NCBI GenBank assembly: GCA_051003155.1
Contig: JBPCLO010000026.1
Location: 32,001 to 96,000, forward strand
DNA: 64,000 nucleotides
Source: Fimbriimonadales bacterium
GTDB lineage: Bacteria > Armatimonadota > Fimbriimonadia > Fimbriimonadales > ATM1
Direction: 5' to 3'
Made by a program: the position numbers and the translations under genes
The notes under the pieces: generated by a model
What the model was told of the DNA's origin: nothing
What the model saw: only the letters and a program-made list of their open reading frames with translations
Databases searched by the model: none
Shown here: positions 35,075-45,098 of the stretch, piece by piece
Layout of the letters: every line of letters begins with the position of its first letter
Numbering within the stretch: position 1 is the stretch's first letter

Positions 35075-36544
35075 ATGAAAAGCTTATTGCAAATCTCATC
35101 CGGCGCCACGTCGATCACCAAGATGGGCGCGAGACTTCCCGTTCTTCTCTCCGGATTCTCCATCGCCGCATGCGCGCTCGGCCAGGGAATGCTGGAACGG
35201 GTATGGATCGATCCTGAGCCGAAGGAGGCGGCTGCGAGGCTGATCTCATCGGACGGACGTTATTGTCTTTTTGCGGGGATAGGCCGACTTTGGGGAAATA
35301 GCGAGATTCGTGACCTCACTACTGGCGCGCTCGTGAGTTCGATCCCCTATGACTGGACGCACGACATTTCCTTCTCAGGTGATGGTCGTTACGTGTCCCA
35401 ATATGACGCGGTCTATCGCGTCGAAGACGGGCAGTTCGTCTGGCGAGCCCCGAGTGGTGGGAGCTTCGGACATTTGAACTTGAAGTTGACGACGACCGGC
35501 GAGTTTGTTTACGGACAGATCGTAGCCAAGGAAACCAACTCGCTCGTCAAGCTAAGAGTGGGATCGTCGGATAGCACGTTGATGTTTTCGAACGGCGGCA
35601 TGCAGTTGTTCGGTCCCAACCTCTCCGCCGACGGAAGCCGCGGCGCAATCAGGGCTGCTGGTGACGGCAGGTTACATGTCTGGAACACGGATGATGACGT
35701 GATTTCGTCTTTTCCACTCGACGTCCCCGTAAACCACTACGTGAGCTTCGCCGGACCGGACAAAGTTGCCGGTGAATTCGTGTACTATGAAACTCAGACG
35801 GTCGACATCCATATTTTCAATTCTCACAACGGCCAGTTCATTGGGACGCTTGGCCATCATGAGACCGGTACATTCCAATCCGATGCCACGGGGGATTTTG
35901 CTATTTGGGGATCGAACCGAGGAATCTATATTTACGATGTAAGCGAAATGACTCTGCTCGGCACTTACAATGAACCATTCGGATGGTTTTCAGACATCTC
36001 GGATGACGGGCGATATATTGCGTCAATGTCTGTGGTAGGCACTACACCCTACGAGGGCGTGTACCGCAATCCCCATACCGGAATCATCGGAACTCCTAAC
36101 GCTTTCTCGATCTTTCGCGGCGGCTTGATCTCCGGCAATGTCGCGTCGCTTGTGAACGATGACGACTCCAGGCTGACCGTTCGCCCTGGTCCCGTCTTCG
36201 TAAATTCGCAATCGCCGATTCACGTGATCGTGGACTCAACCGTTCCTGTCGGACCGGTCTCGAGCTTACGGATGCTTCTCGACGGAAGAGCCGCGTCGAC
36301 GAATATCGAACAGCGCATCGAGTTCTACGATTTCGTCGCCGGCGCTTATCAGACCGTAGACCTGAGGCAAGCAACGACATCCGATTCGCTCGCTGTCGTA
36401 AACGCAGGCCTCAACCCTGGCAGGTTCGTGCAGGCTCTGACTGGCAAAGTGAGGTCACGAATTCGATACAAGGCAACTGGGGCAATTTTCCAATACCCAT
36501 GGACGATCGGTATCGACTACATGTCGTGGCGTTTAGATCGATAG
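35075..36544 (+). CDS. Secreted beta-propeller-like protein with conserved C-terminal domain, copy B
   Basis: Signal peptide; repeated S.DG(R/S) blade motifs; ~150-aa C-terminal domain shared with copy A. Confidence 0.85.
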   Translation: MKSLLQISSGATSITKMGARLPVLLSGFSIAACALGQGMLERVWIDPEPKEAAARLISSDGRYCLFAGIGRLWGNSEIRDLTTGALVSSIPYDWTHDISFSGDGRYVSQYDAVYRVEDGQFVWRAPSGGSFGHLNLKLTTTGEFVYGQIVAKETNSLVKLRVGSSDSTLMFSNGGMQLFGPNLSADGSRGAIRAAGDGRLHVWNTDDDVISSFPLDVPVNHYVSFAGPDKVAGEFVYYETQTVDIHIFNSHNGQFIGTLGHHETGTFQSDATGDFAIWGSNRGIYIYDVSEMTLLGTYNEPFGWFSDISDDGRYIASMSVVGTTPYEGVYRNPHTGIIGTPNAFSIFRGGLISGNVASLVNDDDSRLTVRPGPVFVNSQSPIHVIVDSTVPVGPVSSLRMLLDGRAASTNIEQRIEFYDFVAGAYQTVDLRQATTSDSLAVVNAGLNPGRFVQALTGKVRSRIRYKATGAIFQYPWTIGIDYMSWRLDR

Positions 36545-36641
36545 TTGGCATTAACTGCTTCGTAAAATGCTAAGCGACGGCCCACGCATGTGAGTCGTTC
36601 AACGCATCGCTCCTACAATGGCCGCGATACACGAGTATCCG

Positions 36642-36932
36642 TCATGTCAGGAAAGTCGCACAAGGGATATAGGCAACCCAGTCGAAGTCGAGCGGCTCGA
36701 GCTTTCCCTTGTGATACTTCTTGGCGTACGGCTTGTCGTGGAGCCAAAAACGAACGCTGAACCCCTTGAAGGTCGTCGCCTCGCGATCCACGGTGACTCG
36801 AACGGCTGCGTTTTCTCCCACCCCGTGTGTCGAGTTCACAGCGATGATCACGGCATTCTCGAACTCGCCGGCGATGAGATGCGAAGCAATGTCGTGGAAA
36901 TTGACCGCCTCGGTCCAGTTGAACGTGATCAT
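36642..36932 (-). CDS. Copy 2 of the 96-aa hypothetical protein (H-type-lectin-like pattern)
   Basis: Intact paralogue; GAGG upstream of ATG; VRVTV..TTFKGFSV..FDWVAY. Confidence 0.55.
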   Translation of the reverse strand: MITFNWTEAVNFHDIASHLIAGEFENAVIIAVNSTHGVGENAAVRVTVDREATTFKGFSVRFWLHDKPYAKKYHKGKLEPLDFDWVAYIPCATFLT

Positions 36933-37142
36933 CGCCTCTTCTTCGGGCGGCTGCACCTCCGTGCAGTGCCCGTATAGCATCATCGTTCGAATCATGTCGA
37001 GATTGCCCTCCGCTCCGATCTTCAAGTATGAGACGTTGCGGCGGGAGGCTAGGCGTCCAGTAAGCTTGCGAATGCGGATTCCTGTCTCTGAAGGCCCGGC
37101 TGCCGATCCGAAAATCGGCCAGTCGGTAAACTCCGCCTGCGC

Positions 37143-38603
37143 TTGAGCGGTTTCAAACGAAAAGCAATCTCCGGGTTCTTCTGGCAGGCCTTCGGCTTGG
37201 TGGGGCAACAGGGTATTCAGCTCATCGCGAACCTGCTCTTCGCGAGGCTGTTGCTGAAAGAGGAGAACGGTGTCCTCATCGCCGCAATTGCCATTCTGGA
37301 TTACGCCACCCTACTTCGGGTATCGGGGATCCTTCAGGCGTTCGTTGCCTACGAAGGGGACGACACCGAAGCGCGCCACACCGTTTTCTGGGCCAGCTTG
37401 CTTTCGGGGTTGGCAATGTGTGCTGCTCTATTCTTCGGGGCGCCATTCATAGCCTCTTGGCTGAACTCCGATGGCCTAACACCGGTTTTGCGGGCACTTT
37501 CTGTCATGCAACTCATCGATAGCATCCGCATCGTGCCGTTCGCGCTTATCTGGAGGCACCTGCGTTTCAAAGAGCGCACAATCGCCGAGACCGTGCCTTT
37601 CATCGCGGGGCTTGTCTCGGCCGCTGTCGGGCTGGCGATACTTCCGAGAGAGCAGCGCATTTACGCGGTTGTCTGGATGTACCTGGTCCGGTCGGTCGGA
37701 CAAGCGTTGCTGTTTCTCTATTTCGAGCCTTACCGCCCGGCTCTCAAATTCGATTGGCCCTTCTTCCGCCTCATTTCTCGCCGATCAGTGGGCGTTCTTG
37801 CTTTCAATCTGCCGAGCAGCACGCTGGTTTCGCTGCCGTCCATTGCGGTGTTCGGCCGGGCCGGCGAGGCCGCGGGGGGAGCCTTTGGATTAGCGACGAA
37901 GCTAACAGCGCCCGCCACGAGCCTCTCTTACGCCGCGAATATCACCCTGTTTCCCATTTTCGCGCAACTAAAGAACGATGCCGAAAAGCTCAAGGCGAGC
38001 ATTCTGCGATCCCTCAAGGGCGCAGCCGTACTGCCGATCGCGCTGCTGACCTTCATTATCGCAACCGCGCCGGAACTGATTCCGGTGGTCTTGGGCGAGA
38101 AATGGCGGAGCGCAGTTCCTGCGGCCCGCTGGATCGCCCTGGCCGGAATCTTCCAGATGTACTCGTTCGTACTCGCCTCCGTCCTGCTTGCCGCGAGCAA
38201 AACGATCTACATTATCGTCACATGGACTTCGACGCTCGTCCTTGCGGCGGCGCTGCTATTCCTGGTCCCGATGGCTCAGGGCGATGCGCTCGCCGGGGGC
38301 CAGATCACGGCCGCGTACGGAGCGTTCGGATTTGTTATGAGCCTGGGCGCGACCTCGATCGCAATGCGCATGCCCGTCGGATCGATTCTATCGACGCTCG
38401 TCCCTGCTTCCTTGTCCGCCGCCGCGGCCGTAGCGGCTTCCTTGGTATTAGGCGAAGCCGTTCATGACGAATCAGCGCGGCTTGCCGTCAAGACTCTGGC
38501 ATTCGGCGTCGTATTTCTTCCCGCTTGCGGAATTCTCCTGGGCGGTTCCTGGCGCTCGCTGCTCACGCCACAGGGTTTGCGTGAGTTGATAGGGCGGAAC
38601 TAG
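37143..38603 (+). CDS. Oligosaccharide flippase (Wzx/PST family)
   Basis: Many TM helices; ARLL, VVLGEKW motifs. Confidence 0.88.
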   Translation: MSGFKRKAISGFFWQAFGLVGQQGIQLIANLLFARLLLKEENGVLIAAIAILDYATLLRVSGILQAFVAYEGDDTEARHTVFWASLLSGLAMCAALFFGAPFIASWLNSDGLTPVLRALSVMQLIDSIRIVPFALIWRHLRFKERTIAETVPFIAGLVSAAVGLAILPREQRIYAVVWMYLVRSVGQALLFLYFEPYRPALKFDWPFFRLISRRSVGVLAFNLPSSTLVSLPSIAVFGRAGEAAGGAFGLATKLTAPATSLSYAANITLFPIFAQLKNDAEKLKASILRSLKGAAVLPIALLTFIIATAPELIPVVLGEKWRSAVPAARWIALAGIFQMYSFVLASVLLAASKTIYIIVTWTSTLVLAAALLFLVPMAQGDALAGGQITAAYGAFGFVMSLGATSIAMRMPVGSILSTLVPASLSAAAAVAASLVLGEAVHDESARLAVKTLAFGVVFLPACGILLGGSWRSLLTPQGLRELIGRN

Positions 38604-38639
38604 GCGGTATTTTTTGCCGTCTAAGCATTGACCTAACTC

Positions 38640-39509
38640 ATGAACTGTCCACGATGCGGCGCTCAAAAGACCGGAGCTAATTTCTGCATGAATTGCGGCG
38701 CGGCATTGGATGACGCGGGCAGTTTTCGCGGTAGGAGGGCGTTCTGGCTGATCGCAGGCCTCGCCGCGCTCCTTATGATCGCAACAATCGGAGCCGTCCG
38801 CAGCCTGCTGATTGGAGCCGAAGGGCAGAAGCATCGGGCCCTTGCTGTGCCGGCGATTGGCTCACCGAACGCCATCGCCCTTCCACAGAGAGCCGCTCCA
38901 CCCACAGTTGCAGCCGTCAGCGAACGTATGCCGGAAGACGTTCGCAAGTGGCTCGAACACATGAAGCGCGTCGACGAAAAGCGTGAGCGTTTCAACAGCG
39001 ACTTTGCGCAGACCCTCCTAAAATCGATTGCGAAACTGCGACCGGGTGCTTTTATAGAAGAGTCCGAAGCGAACGCCGATCAGGCCAGACGAAGCGGCGA
39101 AGCTGGCCAAGTAGTGGCTTCCGTTGATACGTTTTTCAGTGATCTCACGCGCGAATTTCAAAGCCTTGCGCCGCCTGCCGAATGCCGTCCGATCGCCGAG
39201 AAGTACTCCTCCGTCCTTCTGGAGACCCGGAACATCCTCACCGAAGTCATATCCGGGATTAACAGTGGGGACACCGCGTCTCTTGAAAAGCTGCAAGGCA
39301 CGTCGTACAAACGCATTGATGCAGGCGCCGCTGAAACGAACGATCGCATCGGCGCGCTGTGCTCGAAATACCGAGAGCCCAATAGGTACTCGGTTTTCGT
39401 CGACAAGGGCAACGGCCTGGGTGTCAGTGCTGCCGCAAATATGCTGCCCGACTCAACAGCAATCAATGACATGATGAAGCGTATGCTGGACGAAGAGTTC
39501 AGCAACTAA
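38640..39509 (+). CDS. Zinc-ribbon single-pass membrane protein
   Basis: CPRCG..FCMNCG, TM helix, helical ectodomain. Confidence 0.75.
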   Translation: MNCPRCGAQKTGANFCMNCGAALDDAGSFRGRRAFWLIAGLAALLMIATIGAVRSLLIGAEGQKHRALAVPAIGSPNAIALPQRAAPPTVAAVSERMPEDVRKWLEHMKRVDEKRERFNSDFAQTLLKSIAKLRPGAFIEESEANADQARRSGEAGQVVASVDTFFSDLTREFQSLAPPAECRPIAEKYSSVLLETRNILTEVISGINSGDTASLEKLQGTSYKRIDAGAAETNDRIGALCSKYREPNRYSVFVDKGNGLGVSAAANMLPDSTAINDMMKRMLDEEFSN

Positions 39510-39528
39510 TCCGGCTAAAATATCGTTG

Positions 39529-40920
39529 GTGGGCGATCTGAAGATCTATGATTCTCTTTCGCGCGCTCTGGTCGACTTCGTACCTCGAGATCCAGGGCGC
39601 GTTTCCATCTACGCTTGCGGCTTGACTCCGCAGGCGCCGGCGCACCTCGGGCACATGCGCGGCGCAGTCCTATTCGATGTAGTCCGCAATTGGCTGAGCC
39701 ACTTGGGTTATGAGGTCGACTTCGTTCAGAACTTCACGGATATCGACGATAAGATCATTCGGAAAAGCCTAGAAGAGGGCATAGATGCCGCCCAGGTCGC
39801 CGAGAAGTACGGAGACCAATATCTGCGCGACCTGGCGCTGCTCAACGCAAAACCTGCTCGCTGGGTCTATGTCACCCAGAATATGGATGCGATCCTCGAG
39901 ATGATCGCGAAGATCATCGAGCGGGGCCACGCCTACGAGGTCGATGGTGATGTCTATTTTCGAGTCCTATCCGACCCCGACTACGGCAAGCTGAGCCACA
40001 GGAAGCTGTCGGAGATGAAGGAAGGCGCCCGTGTCGAGGTCGACCCTCGCAAGGAGCATCCCATGGACTTCGCGCTCTGGAAGTCCGCGAAACCCGGTGA
40101 ACCGTCATGGCCGAGCCCTTGGGGAGAGGGCCGTCCGGGCTGGCACATCGAATGCTCTGCACTTTCCTTGAAAGAATTAGGCCCAAACTTTGACATTCAT
40201 GCCGGAGGGGTCGATCTAATATTCCCTCACCACGAGAACGAAATTGCCCAGTCCGAGGCCTATCTGGGTAAGGCCGAGTTCGCAAAAATCTGGATGCATT
40301 GGGGATCTGTTCAGCTTTCTCAGAAAAAAATGAGCAAATCGGAAGGAAACGTGCTTCCCGCTAGAGAGGCAATCGAGCGGTACTCCGCCGGCGCGGTCCG
40401 CCTGTTCCTTCTCAACAGCAGCTACCGCAGCCCGATCGACTACGCCGAAAGCAGGATGGCGGAGTCCCAAACCGCATTCAAGCGCATCGAGACGTCGCTG
40501 TCCAGAGTCTGCCAGAAGCTTGGCGACGTCGCTGAGGGCGAGCTCGACGACGAACAAATGGCACAATTCTCGGATGCGATGAACTCGGATTTCAACACTT
40601 CAGCCGCCGTTGCAACCTTGCATGACGCTGTCAGTTCGCTGAACGAAATCATGGCCCAAGGGATCGGAACCGAGACGGAACGTCCGGCGTCCATTTATAG
40701 GACTGCCTTGCTCTTCACCTCGGTCCTGGGATTACCCGTCCGAGAGGCTCAAGAGGAGCACGGCCTTTTGGACGGATTGATGACAAAAGTGATACAATGG
40801 CGTCAAGAGTTGCGCAAACAGAAGCAATTTGAGATGGCCGACTCCATCAGGGACGATGTGAGCGAAATCGGCATCTTGTTGGAGGATTCAGTAGAAGGCA
40901 CAACATGGCGAAGGAAGTGA
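39529..40920 (+). CDS. cysS: Cysteinyl-tRNA synthetase
   Basis: HLGH, GRPGWHIEC, FPHHENE, KMSKS. Confidence 0.98.
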   Translation: MGDLKIYDSLSRALVDFVPRDPGRVSIYACGLTPQAPAHLGHMRGAVLFDVVRNWLSHLGYEVDFVQNFTDIDDKIIRKSLEEGIDAAQVAEKYGDQYLRDLALLNAKPARWVYVTQNMDAILEMIAKIIERGHAYEVDGDVYFRVLSDPDYGKLSHRKLSEMKEGARVEVDPRKEHPMDFALWKSAKPGEPSWPSPWGEGRPGWHIECSALSLKELGPNFDIHAGGVDLIFPHHENEIAQSEAYLGKAEFAKIWMHWGSVQLSQKKMSKSEGNVLPAREAIERYSAGAVRLFLLNSSYRSPIDYAESRMAESQTAFKRIETSLSRVCQKLGDVAEGELDDEQMAQFSDAMNSDFNTSAAVATLHDAVSSLNEIMAQGIGTETERPASIYRTALLFTSVLGLPVREAQEEHGLLDGLMTKVIQWRQELRKQKQFEMADSIRDDVSEIGILLEDSVEGTTWRRK

Positions 40921-40927
40921 CTCAAGG

Positions 40928-42331
40928 ATGAAACGTTCGATCGGCTACATTGCCGGTGTGTTGCTGCTTGGTGGAGGCGGGTTCGCCGCCTTTGCGGCAT
41001 TTCAGGAACCCTTGACATCAAGCGGCACGACAATCGACGGCCAGGATCTCGGCGGCCTTACGAAGGTCGACCTGTACGCCCGCTTGAACGTCTGGTGGGA
41101 CAAAACGAAAGCACGCATGATACGGCCGCGTTCCGGGGCTTTGACCCAACAGCCCAGACCGATGTCGCTGCACCAACTCGGCATCGAGCCGGATTTGGAC
41201 GCCACTGTAGCGAGCGTTCATTTCGATAGTTACCCCGCCAAACTCCTTGGCCGGGCCAAGAGCGGGCATCCCATTACGATAGTTTGGCGAGCCCAAGGGG
41301 CAGACTTGGCTGTACTGACTAAGTTCGTGGCAGACCACGCCCGCCGGCGTGCACCCGCACGCGTGTGGTTCGAGGGCGGGGCCTTGCAACGCACTTACGA
41401 AGCCACCCGCGTGGGCTTGGATGAAGGCAACGTCGGACCGGCTGTTGTAGCTGCAATCGAGCAGCGTAAGAAGACATTCCAATTGCCGTTGGAGGCCGAG
41501 CCTCCGCGCGTCTCTAAGGAAGCGGTAGGTTCCATCAAGGACGTCGTGAGTAAATTCACCACCAAGTTCAACCGAGGAAATCTAAATCGCAGCAGCAACA
41601 TCCGGCTCGCGGCCTCCGAATTCGACGGCATCGTCCTGCTGCCGGGAGACATTCTCAGCTATAACGAAACCGTTGGGCAAAGGACCGTTAAGCGCGGGTA
41701 CAAGCTCGCCGGTGTGTACGCGAACGGCCGCCACGATACGGGCATCGGCGGCGGAATCTGCCAAGTTAGCACTACCCTGTTCAACGCCGCCGCTTTGGCA
41801 AACTTGAAGATCGTTTCACGAACCAACCATTCGATGCCGGTTGCCTACGTTCCGCTCGGGCGAGATGCGACGGTCGATTTCGGAAACATCGACCTCAAGA
41901 TCGAGAACAGTACCGACAATCCCGTCTCCGTCACTAGCGAAGTCGTGGGCGGGTCTATAACGTTCCGCATCCTCGGGACCAAGATTCCAAACATGTCGGT
42001 TTCTCTTGCAACGACCAATCATACTAGTTGGGGAAACGGCGTCAAATACGTGACTGATTCTAGTGTCGCTCCGGGACGCACCAAAGTGATCGAACGCGGC
42101 AGCGCCGGACGCAGTTGTATTACTTGGCGGATCATCCGCGACGGCACCGAAACTCGCCGAGAAAAGCTTGTCGAGAACAACTATCGAGGGGCCTCACGCA
42201 TTATCGCTCGTGGACCTGCCGCTAAACCCAGGCCGAGGGCCAAGCGAAGACCCGCGGCCGCCGCGGATCCCCCTGTCCGCGAACCGACGACTCCACCACC
42301 AGCCGATCCTCCGCCTCCGTCCGCCGAGTGA
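40928..42331 (+). CDS. VanW-family protein with G5-like domain
   Basis: GIGGGICQVSTTLFNA, YVPLGRDATV. Confidence 0.9.
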   Translation: MKRSIGYIAGVLLLGGGGFAAFAAFQEPLTSSGTTIDGQDLGGLTKVDLYARLNVWWDKTKARMIRPRSGALTQQPRPMSLHQLGIEPDLDATVASVHFDSYPAKLLGRAKSGHPITIVWRAQGADLAVLTKFVADHARRRAPARVWFEGGALQRTYEATRVGLDEGNVGPAVVAAIEQRKKTFQLPLEAEPPRVSKEAVGSIKDVVSKFTTKFNRGNLNRSSNIRLAASEFDGIVLLPGDILSYNETVGQRTVKRGYKLAGVYANGRHDTGIGGGICQVSTTLFNAAALANLKIVSRTNHSMPVAYVPLGRDATVDFGNIDLKIENSTDNPVSVTSEVVGGSITFRILGTKIPNMSVSLATTNHTSWGNGVKYVTDSSVAPGRTKVIERGSAGRSCITWRIIRDGTETRREKLVENNYRGASRIIARGPAAKPRPRAKRRPAAAADPPVREPTTPPPADPPPPSAE

Positions 42332-42387
42332 GCTTTCGACTCATTTGCGAGTCTTAACGTCCAGGTCTGATAAAGGAGGCAGTTAAA

Positions 42388-42828
42388 TTGAAGAAGTCAT
42401 TCATATGGTTGGCGACATTCATTGTATCGGCTGCTGCGCTTGCCGCAGCCACTCACTTTGCGCATGGCCGCGGCGCCATTCAAGTAACCGAACACAGCAG
42501 GGGCCAGTTCTACTTCAACGTCGCGAGCAGGGGTGGATCGGTGCAAGGCAACTTAGAATATCGCGAGGCTACCGAAAACCAAACTCTTCACGTCGTTAGA
42601 TTGCCGGAAGTAACCCAGGCATACTTCGTTCAAAACGCGGTCATGTTTAGCGGCAGGGGCGAATTTGACGGCCACGGGGTCGGCGTTTTCGTTAGAGCCT
42701 TCGACGGTTCGGGCACTGAAAATCCCGACACACTTCGGATCGTTTGCCGGCGGTCCGATGGAGCTATCGCATACGAGGCTTCGGGGCGCCTTGTGGACGG
42801 TGACATAGTCATCCGTCACAATCGCTAA
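42388..42828 (+). CDS. Secreted hypothetical protein
   Basis: AAGGAGG SD, signal peptide, beta-rich. Confidence 0.7.
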   Translation: MKKSFIWLATFIVSAAALAAATHFAHGRGAIQVTEHSRGQFYFNVASRGGSVQGNLEYREATENQTLHVVRLPEVTQAYFVQNAVMFSGRGEFDGHGVGVFVRAFDGSGTENPDTLRIVCRRSDGAIAYEASGRLVDGDIVIRHNR

Positions 42829-42871
42829 ACAGGCACGATCGAGAGCCGCGGGCAATCAATCGCGTCTTTCC

Positions 42872-44617
42872 TCATTTCCGAAGCGCTCGGATTTCCTCCG
42901 CGAATTTTTCTTTTATCAGTTTTCGGCGCACCTTGAGAGACGGGGTCAATTCACCCGTTTCCTGCGTCCAAGGTGCCGACATTAACCGGTAACTCTTTAC
43001 CTTTTCATAGTCCGCGAGGTGCTTGTTTGCGGATTCGACCTCTCTCTTCAGAAGCTGCGCCACATCAGGATGTTCGATCATTTCCTGAAGGTGCGAACCG
43101 CCGAGGGATTTACTGTGGCAATAGTGACGCAGAGCATCGAACGCCGGCACGATCAAAGCCGAAATCCGATCTTCGCCGTCGCCTAGCACCATCGCCTCGT
43201 CGATATACAGGGAGGATTTCAAGCGGTTTTCGATCATCGCAGGGGCAACATTCTTGCCGTTAGACATCACGATAATGTCCTTTTTACGGTCCGTAATCCA
43301 AAGACGCCTACCTTCAAGGCGGCCGATGTCGCCGGTGTGAAACCATCTCTCACCGTCGATCGCCGCCGCCGTTTCCTCGGGTTTGCAATGGTAACCGACC
43401 ATGCGGCTCGGACCACGCATAAGAATCTCTCCGTCGTCCGCAATTTTTACTTCGACACCCTCTAGGACTTCCCCAACGGAATCGGGCCGGTTTCGATCCG
43501 GGTGATTGATTGAAATGACCGGAGCGGTTTCCGTCAGCCCGTAACCCTGCAATATTTTGACTCCGAATGCAGCATAGAATTCTGCGAGGTCGAGAGGCAA
43601 CGCTGCGCCTCCGCTAACCAGAAACCTCAGCCGGCCGCCGAATCTCGCTCTTATCTTGACGGCCACCATCTCATCCAAGAGTTGGCCGAAAAACCCCTGC
43701 GCTTTCAAATTGTTCTTGAGCCGCGACGATCCTCGATTCATGGCGGCGAAGAAGATCAATCGCTTGAGCGGCGGTGAGTCTTTCGCGGCCGAAATAACCT
43801 TGGACCGAACTCCCTCCAAAAAGCGCGGAACCGCCGTCACGATAGTCGGCTTGGATAGGACCAAATCGTGAGCCAGCGTCTTGAGTGATTCCGCATAGGC
43901 AACTTCGGCGCCGCACGAGATCGGGAAATAGTGACCGCCCAAGCGCTCGTATACGTGGGAAAGCGGAAGAAAGCTAAGAAACCGATCCGCCGAGTCGACC
44001 GGCAAATTCTTACGGATCGATGTGCATTGGAATGCGAACGCCTCGTGCGTGAGTTCCGCGCCCTTGGGCTCCCCGGTTGTGCCACTTGTGTAAATGATCG
44101 CCGCGAGTTCGCTCGGGTTTCTGCGGTGACACTCTTCTTCCCAGTCGCCCATCGACAAGTGTCCGGTCCCAGTCTGATCCATTAGTCTCTGCAGGCTGCC
44201 CGTCTCGATTACGACAGGAGTTACTCGAAGCATCCCATTCTTCACGGCCTCGTCGAATTTCTTCATGAGGCGTTCGTCGCCGACAAAGCACAACCTTGCA
44301 TTAGAATCCCTGAGGATATATTCTACGGTCTCGGGCATGAGCGTTGGAAAGATCGGGACGGAAATTGCGCCCAAGCTCGTGATCGCCCAATCCATGGCAG
44401 CCCACTCCGGAGAACTTTCGGCGAATATGGCGGCCGTCACGCCGGGCTTCACTCCAAGCGACCTCAGTACTGCAGCCAGTCGGTGGACGTTCGTCTTAAG
44501 TTGGTTGTAGCTAATCGAGGCGAACTTTTGGTTAATCTTGCGAGACTGCGCGGGCCGGTCGCCCCACTTCTCGCAGCTGCTTAACAGAATGCCCGGCAAG
44601 GTTAACCTATCCGTCAT
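42872..44617 (-). CDS. Long-chain fatty acid-CoA ligase
   Basis: YTSGTTGEPKG, QGYGLTE, TGDIG, DRKKD. Confidence 0.93.
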   Translation of the reverse strand: MTDRLTLPGILLSSCEKWGDRPAQSRKINQKFASISYNQLKTNVHRLAAVLRSLGVKPGVTAAIFAESSPEWAAMDWAITSLGAISVPIFPTLMPETVEYILRDSNARLCFVGDERLMKKFDEAVKNGMLRVTPVVIETGSLQRLMDQTGTGHLSMGDWEEECHRRNPSELAAIIYTSGTTGEPKGAELTHEAFAFQCTSIRKNLPVDSADRFLSFLPLSHVYERLGGHYFPISCGAEVAYAESLKTLAHDLVLSKPTIVTAVPRFLEGVRSKVISAAKDSPPLKRLIFFAAMNRGSSRLKNNLKAQGFFGQLLDEMVAVKIRARFGGRLRFLVSGGAALPLDLAEFYAAFGVKILQGYGLTETAPVISINHPDRNRPDSVGEVLEGVEVKIADDGEILMRGPSRMVGYHCKPEETAAAIDGERWFHTGDIGRLEGRRLWITDRKKDIIVMSNGKNVAPAMIENRLKSSLYIDEAMVLGDGEDRISALIVPAFDALRHYCHSKSLGGSHLQEMIEHPDVAQLLKREVESANKHLADYEKVKSYRLMSAPWTQETGELTPSLKVRRKLIKEKFAEEIRALRK

Positions 44618-44619
44618 GC

Positions 44620-44931
44620 CTACACAAGCTTGATCGGCGTCGGAGCCGGTTCAACATTGTCGGAGCGCTGGTAGACCGGAACCAACAACAAGACCATGCC
44701 AAGGATCACCAGCCAAATCACGAGGGCGGAGAGCGCGGTGCGAATAGTGGCCAACCCACTCAGGGCGCCGCCCTCGTGAGGCATTAGTATTTGGATAAGG
44801 ACCTCGGCGCCACACCCGCACGCGACGTGGGCCATGCCCTGCTCATCCAGGAGCGCATCGTCCACGTAAGGCGTGGCCACGGGTCGTCCGCACCGGATGC
44901 AGGCAATTTCAAACGACATCTCGCCGTTCAT
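44620..44931 (-). CDS. Small zinc-ribbon membrane protein
   Basis: CIRC..CGCG plus TM helix; TACAAT 6 nt before ATG; 2 nt upstream of the ligase gene. Confidence 0.6.
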   Translation of the reverse strand: MNGEMSFEIACIRCGRPVATPYVDDALLDEQGMAHVACGCGAEVLIQILMPHEGGALSGLATIRTALSALVIWLVILGMVLLLVPVYQRSDNVEPAPTPIKLV

Positions 44932-44956
44932 GGATTGATTGTACATCACCCACGCA

Positions 44957-44993
44957 GAAGGCGGGAGTTCCCAGAACAGGAACTCCCACCTTC
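44957..44993 (-). terminator. 15-bp stem hairpin, probable terminator
   Basis: gaaggtgggagttcc/ggaactcccgccttc with a G-U pair on the minus strand; weak U tail. Confidence 0.55.
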
Positions 44994-45098
44994 ACCAAGG
45001 GCGGAACAATCGTTCGACCTTATTCTCTGCGGCGCCTCAGCCCCATTAGGAGCGTCCAGGGCCCGTTCACAAGTAGGCCCTGGTCCGAACCTTTGAGT

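Larger units (their letters stand above)
33531..36544 (+). repeat. Tandem duplication of a ~1.5-kb unit (33531-35013, 35014-36544)
   Basis: Near-identical ~180-bp 5' blocks and ~465-bp 3' blocks; divergent middles. Confidence 0.9.

Noticed and set aside
33531..36544. Diversity-generating retroelement or integron
   Set aside because: No reverse transcriptase, integrase or attC-like sites; differences are not adenine-specific
45020..45060. TPP riboswitch or hammerhead ribozyme suggested by GGGGCTGAG
   Set aside because: Remaining conserved core motifs are absent
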